Source: a virus. From it: a DNA stretch of 39,893 nt. The stretch lies in UHGV virus genome UHGV-1364246. The stretch is one strand, 5' to 3'. A model generated the notes under the pieces. The model was given only the letters and a program-made list of their open reading frames with translations. It made no database searches and was not told where the DNA came from. Position numbers and translations under genes: made by a program. Positions 36,514 to 39,893 of the stretch are shown here, in pieces (position 1 is the first letter of the stretch; every line of letters starts with the position of its first letter).

Positions 36514-38871
36514 TTAGACGGAACGAGCTTTCTTAGCGTATGACGCCTCCCAGCCACAGCCAACGATGGACACTGGGGTAGGATAATCTGACTCTAAGGT
36601 TAGACTCGTGGTTAATGCGTTGCCATTCATAGCGAATCGATACTGACCATCCCCAATGTTGGTAGTCCCGATGGTTTGCTGACCTAGGGTGTACCCATTA
36701 AAGGTGTTCACGAACTCCCGCTCACCGTTTCTGACAATGAGTCTAAGAGCGCCAGTGTCCTTGTAGTTGACCCAAGCCCGACGAAGTTGTAGTCGTCCAG
36801 TGTCTTCAGACTGAGTGCCACTCTCGTCTTCAATCTTAATCAGGAACCGTGAGAACTTGTAGGACATCAGATAAGACCTTCCGATGAACACTGTGCGTCC
36901 TGACCAATCGCCGTTGAGAATAACCACAGTGGATATACTTGTTAAGTCACCAAGGTCCAAATAAGAACCCTGACTGTCAATCAAATAGTACCGGCCGGGA
37001 GACGGAGCGTTACCGCCATAAGCAGTACCGATGTCAACCGTAGTCTTATTGGTGTCAATATTAAACGAGCCAATTGGAATGACCATAGACACCTTGGAGT
37101 CAACGTGTAGTCTATACGGCTCTGACGGGAAGTCAGTGGCCTCCTTGATGAACTTAAGGTGCTCAATGTCCACACCTCCTTGGTGCTGACGGACGATGAA
37201 CATGGTAGAGCCAATGGAAGCAGATGCCAGAATCTTATCAGCTTTAGGGAACTCCCAGTGTGACCAAGAGGCTTGAAGCTGTACGCCGTCCTTAAACAAG
37301 AACTTGTAGATGTAGATACGGTTGTATGCACCTGTAGAGTTGACGCAGATGTAGTTCTCAGTCCCTGTACCTTGAATATCAAACACCCCGTTAGGGATGT
37401 AGGACAGTACGTGGCCAGTTGTATCATCGGCATCCTTCACATCAGACACATCAGCTACAGCGAAGTATCGCTTAATGCTGGTAAATGACCCACGAGGAGC
37501 TGAGAAGAAGACTGAGCGTCCTACAGCGAACGGTCTGGCATTGTCACCTAGGGCAAACTCTGAGCCAACATCAAGCTGGATAGACTTCGATGTAAGGACC
37601 CCAGAACTTGTCATCACGAACTGAACCTCATCCGACCAAAGTAGTAGCTGCTCGCTAAACGGAACGGCATACTTAAGGATTGAGATTCGAGGGTGACTTA
37701 CAGCTACATCAATAGGGTCATCATCACTCAGTGTCGCCACACTCTTAGGGAAGAACGAAAAGTAGCTGGCTGAACGGCTCATGATTACGTTCTCACCCGA
37801 CAAGAACCCGAGTCTGTTCCTGTAGAAGAACACATCATTAATCGTAGCATCCACGAAGCTAGGCATAGGGTTTGTGTCATCGTTACCAGCACCGCGCTTG
37901 GACCAATCCAGAGTCTTGAACTCAAAGGATCCATCAAACTTCCTGACCAGAGCATGTGGCATTGTGGTGACATCGAACCCAGTGACCACTCCCGGCTCTA
38001 CTGTCTCCTTCCACGTCTTAGTATTGGAGTCATACATCACGTAATATTCATCGGCGCTACTGTTGGTCTCACCTTGAATCTTAATGATGTACCCATTTGG
38101 AGCCGCAAGAGGCAACTTAGAGATTGTTTGCACCGTGTCGAGGACTGGGCTGATTAGCTGGTTAGCGTAGCCATCCTCCGTCTCCACTGAGTTAATGTCA
38201 GTCCCTGAAGGGGCAGTGATTAACAGGAATCCAGACCCAAGGTCGAACGTGAAGGTAGGGTAAGCAGCAACAAGAAGGTCTCTCAGAGCTGCACCGATAG
38301 CCTGAGCATCAACCTTAGGAGGGTCATTCTCGGCATCATTACCTGCTGGCAACTTATGCGAAACCTTAACGCCTCCATTGATTCCTACCTTAAGGGTGCG
38401 ACCATACTGTCCACCACGCAGGTTAATTAAAGCACGAGCTTTACGATTATAACCAGAGTGTGACTTCTCGCTTCCGCCTTTAACGACAACCTTACGGTTC
38501 ACGATGAACGTATAGTCTGCAACGGTAACGACACGGATGTCATCTCGCGGGTTGGACGACTTAACGTAATCTACCGCACCGGAAACTGAGTATTGATTAC
38601 CACTCAAGTCAACTACCTGAATGTTGGACCCGTTGAACACGATGTAATACTGCTCCTGCTCATCACGGTTAATCAGGTGGAACTTAGGGTTGCTCCCAAC
38701 GTCGATGTTAAGACGTCGCTTGAAGACTGTAGGCGGGCGCTTCTGGAGTCCATCACTCTCTGAGGACCAGCAGTTAACTTGCTCCTCGCCTTGGTCTGAG
38801 AACCTCAGTATGTCTGGCTGCTGGCTAATACCACCTTTAAGGTTCTTGATTGATTGAGTAATTAGTGGCAT
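36514..38871 (-). CDS. Tail tubular protein B (gp12-like)
   Basis: 785 aa; syntenic; size close to T7 gp12. Confidence 0.85.
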   Translation of the reverse strand: MPLITQSIKNLKGGISQQPDILRFSDQGEEQVNCWSSESDGLQKRPPTVFKRRLNIDVGSNPKFHLINRDEQEQYYIVFNGSNIQVVDLSGNQYSVSGAVDYVKSSNPRDDIRVVTVADYTFIVNRKVVVKGGSEKSHSGYNRKARALINLRGGQYGRTLKVGINGGVKVSHKLPAGNDAENDPPKVDAQAIGAALRDLLVAAYPTFTFDLGSGFLLITAPSGTDINSVETEDGYANQLISPVLDTVQTISKLPLAAPNGYIIKIQGETNSSADEYYVMYDSNTKTWKETVEPGVVTGFDVTTMPHALVRKFDGSFEFKTLDWSKRGAGNDDTNPMPSFVDATINDVFFYRNRLGFLSGENVIMSRSASYFSFFPKSVATLSDDDPIDVAVSHPRISILKYAVPFSEQLLLWSDEVQFVMTSSGVLTSKSIQLDVGSEFALGDNARPFAVGRSVFFSAPRGSFTSIKRYFAVADVSDVKDADDTTGHVLSYIPNGVFDIQGTGTENYICVNSTGAYNRIYIYKFLFKDGVQLQASWSHWEFPKADKILASASIGSTMFIVRQHQGGVDIEHLKFIKEATDFPSEPYRLHVDSKVSMVIPIGSFNIDTNKTTVDIGTAYGGNAPSPGRYYLIDSQGSYLDLGDLTSISTVVILNGDWSGRTVFIGRSYLMSYKFSRFLIKIEDESGTQSEDTGRLQLRRAWVNYKDTGALRLIVRNGEREFVNTFNGYTLGQQTIGTTNIGDGQYRFAMNGNALTTSLTLESDYPTPVSIVGCGWEASYAKKARSV

Positions 38872-38880
38872 AGGCCCTCC

Positions 38881-39108
38881 TTAAATCATACTCATTAGGA
38901 CATATCCCTCAGCGATGTCACCAACGTCAGCAATGTGGACAACCTTACGTGCTACCTGTTGTCCAGTATACCCGTTGTCCCACTCATTCAGGATAAGCCA
39001 GTCGCCAACCTTAAAGTCCCGGTCGTTAAGTCTCAGCTCTGCTGTCTTTAGACCTAGTTGTACCGGACCAAAGTGCTGGCGGTGAATCTTCAGGTTGTGA
39101 CTAGCCAT
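38881..39108 (-). CDS. Small PUA/ASCH-like protein (DUF3850-like) inserted between tail tube A and B genes
   Basis: 75 aa; HNLKIHRQHFGPVQLGLKTAELRLNDRDFKVGDWLILNEW resembles the DUF3850 pattern; ATG overlaps the gp11 stop (TAATG) with GGGAGGGA upstream. Confidence 0.55.
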   Translation of the reverse strand: MASHNLKIHRQHFGPVQLGLKTAELRLNDRDFKVGDWLILNEWDNGYTGQQVARKVVHIADVGDIAEGYVLMSMI

Positions 39109-39674
39109 TAGTCCCTCCCGATGTCGGACATCATGTTGTAGCGACCAGTGTCCATCTCGTATTCCATGACCTGCTGATAGAGTTCTGCTTCCTGCTCACG
39201 AAGGTATAGCTCTGACTCTGGGCTACCGAAGAACTTAGCGTTGAACTCACGGCTTGCCTTGGTAACGATGTAGTCCCTGAATACCACAGGCATCTCAGAG
39301 AACGGTTTCATCTCAACAAGCTCTACCGTTATAGGGTCGGTGAAAGTGGTTGACTGAGTGGACAGGTCGTACAGGTATCCACCCATGTTGCTGTAGTAGC
39401 TGGTGGCCCCGGCAGTCATTACACGAAGGTATGACGGCAGGAATCGAATCCTGTTGTCTTGGACATCAGGTGTCAGGACAGCAGCTTCATTAATGTTAAA
39501 GTTCCATCCTTTAGCTTGGACCTGACGATTGACACGATGCAGGATACGTTGAGCGTTCGAGACATCAGCGTTGCCCTCATCAAGCTGTAGGACTGCTGGT
39601 TCACCGATAGCAGCTAACATATCGTTGATGGCATCTAAGTCATCGTTAGCATTCAGTGGAATGTATTGAGCCAT
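39108..39674 (-). CDS. Tail tubular protein A (gp11-like)
   Basis: 188 aa; LAAIGEPAV...NAQRILHRVNRQVQAKGWNFNI...FRDYIVTKASREFNAKFFGSPE...MEYEMDTGRYNM matches recalled T7 gp11. Confidence 0.9.
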   Translation of the reverse strand: MAQYIPLNANDDLDAINDMLAAIGEPAVLQLDEGNADVSNAQRILHRVNRQVQAKGWNFNINEAAVLTPDVQDNRIRFLPSYLRVMTAGATSYYSNMGGYLYDLSTQSTTFTDPITVELVEMKPFSEMPVVFRDYIVTKASREFNAKFFGSPESELYLREQEAELYQQVMEYEMDTGRYNMMSDIGRD

Positions 39675-39692
39675 AAGTCTCCTCTCACTTTA

Positions 39693-39735
39693 AGCAAAAA
39701 ACCCCTCAAGCACCCGAAGGCACCCAAGGGGTTTC
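39693..39735 (-). terminator. Tphi-like late terminator between capsid and tail tube A genes
   Basis: Minus-sense CCCCUUGGGUGCC-UUCG-GGUGCUUGAGGGG hairpin followed by UUUUUUG; same position and form as T7 Tphi. Confidence 0.8.
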
Positions 39736-39737
39736 AA

Positions 39738-39890
39738 TTAGTTGTTGGACTCAGCCAGTTTAGCGGCCCTGTTCGCAGCACGAGTACGCGCAGCTTTCTG
39801 TTGAGGAGTTAGAGTCTCCTCTTCAGGTGCAGCCGCTACTGTAGCGACGTTAGGTTGGCTAAAGGTGCTTACGCCGCTGGGCTGAAAACC
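39738..39890 (-). CDS. Minor capsid protein 10B C-terminal extension, reached by -1 ribosomal frameshift at GGTTTTC
   Basis: Slippery heptamer G GTT TTC at 39884-39890 (minus sense). The -1 frame reads FQPSGVSTFSQPNVATVAAAPEEETLTPQQKAARTRAANRAAKLAESNN-stop (stop 39738-39740), resembling the recalled T7 10B tail. Confidence 0.6.
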   Translation of the reverse strand, partial: GFQPSGVSTFSQPNVATVAAAPEEETLTPQQKAARTRAANRAAKLAESNN

Positions 39891-39893
39891 AGT
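39869..39893 (-). CDS. Major capsid protein 10A, C-terminal 8 codons plus stop (continuation of 1..1019 across the circular junction)
   Basis: Joining position 1 to 39893 keeps the frame: ...EAAGA-A-LVFSPAA-TAA, stop at 39869-39871; total about 347 aa, close to T7 10A. Confidence 0.6.

Overview
The window reads as one complete T7-like podovirus genome (Autographiviridae-type), given as the reverse complement and circularly permuted. Every convincing gene is on the minus strand, in T7 order running from high to low coordinates. The window start and end both fall inside the major capsid gene (start codon 1017-1019, coding continues past position 1 and resumes at 39893), so the sequence appears to be a circularised assembly with the terminal repeat collapsed near 22.7-23.0 kb. 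All calls rest on reading the sequence and on recalled T7 protein sequences; no database search or computation was run. Core genes identified: single-subunit RNA polymerase, ligase, SSB, endonuclease I, lysozyme/amidase, primase-helicase, DNA polymerase, exonuclease, portal, scaffold, capsid, tail tube A/B, internal core proteins, tail fiber, holin, terminases and spanins. Eleven phage-RNAP promoters share the core TAAACTATCACTATAGG(G/A), which differs from T7 at -12 to -9. There are also T7-like sigma70 early promoters, three conserved RNase III-like processing elements, and Tphi- and TE-like terminators. The most interesting departures from T7 are a remodelled early region with no recognisable Ocr, an orphan 163-aa gene between endonuclease I and lysozyme, a DUF3850-like gene inside the tail-tube module, a chimeric tail fiber with a low-GC glycosidase-like C-terminus, a replaced N-terminal domain in gp16, a 30-bp perfect inverted repeat in the gene 9 leader, and a phage promoter directly upstream of the RNAP gene. 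No tRNA, rRNA, CRISPR array, integrase or transposase was seen.
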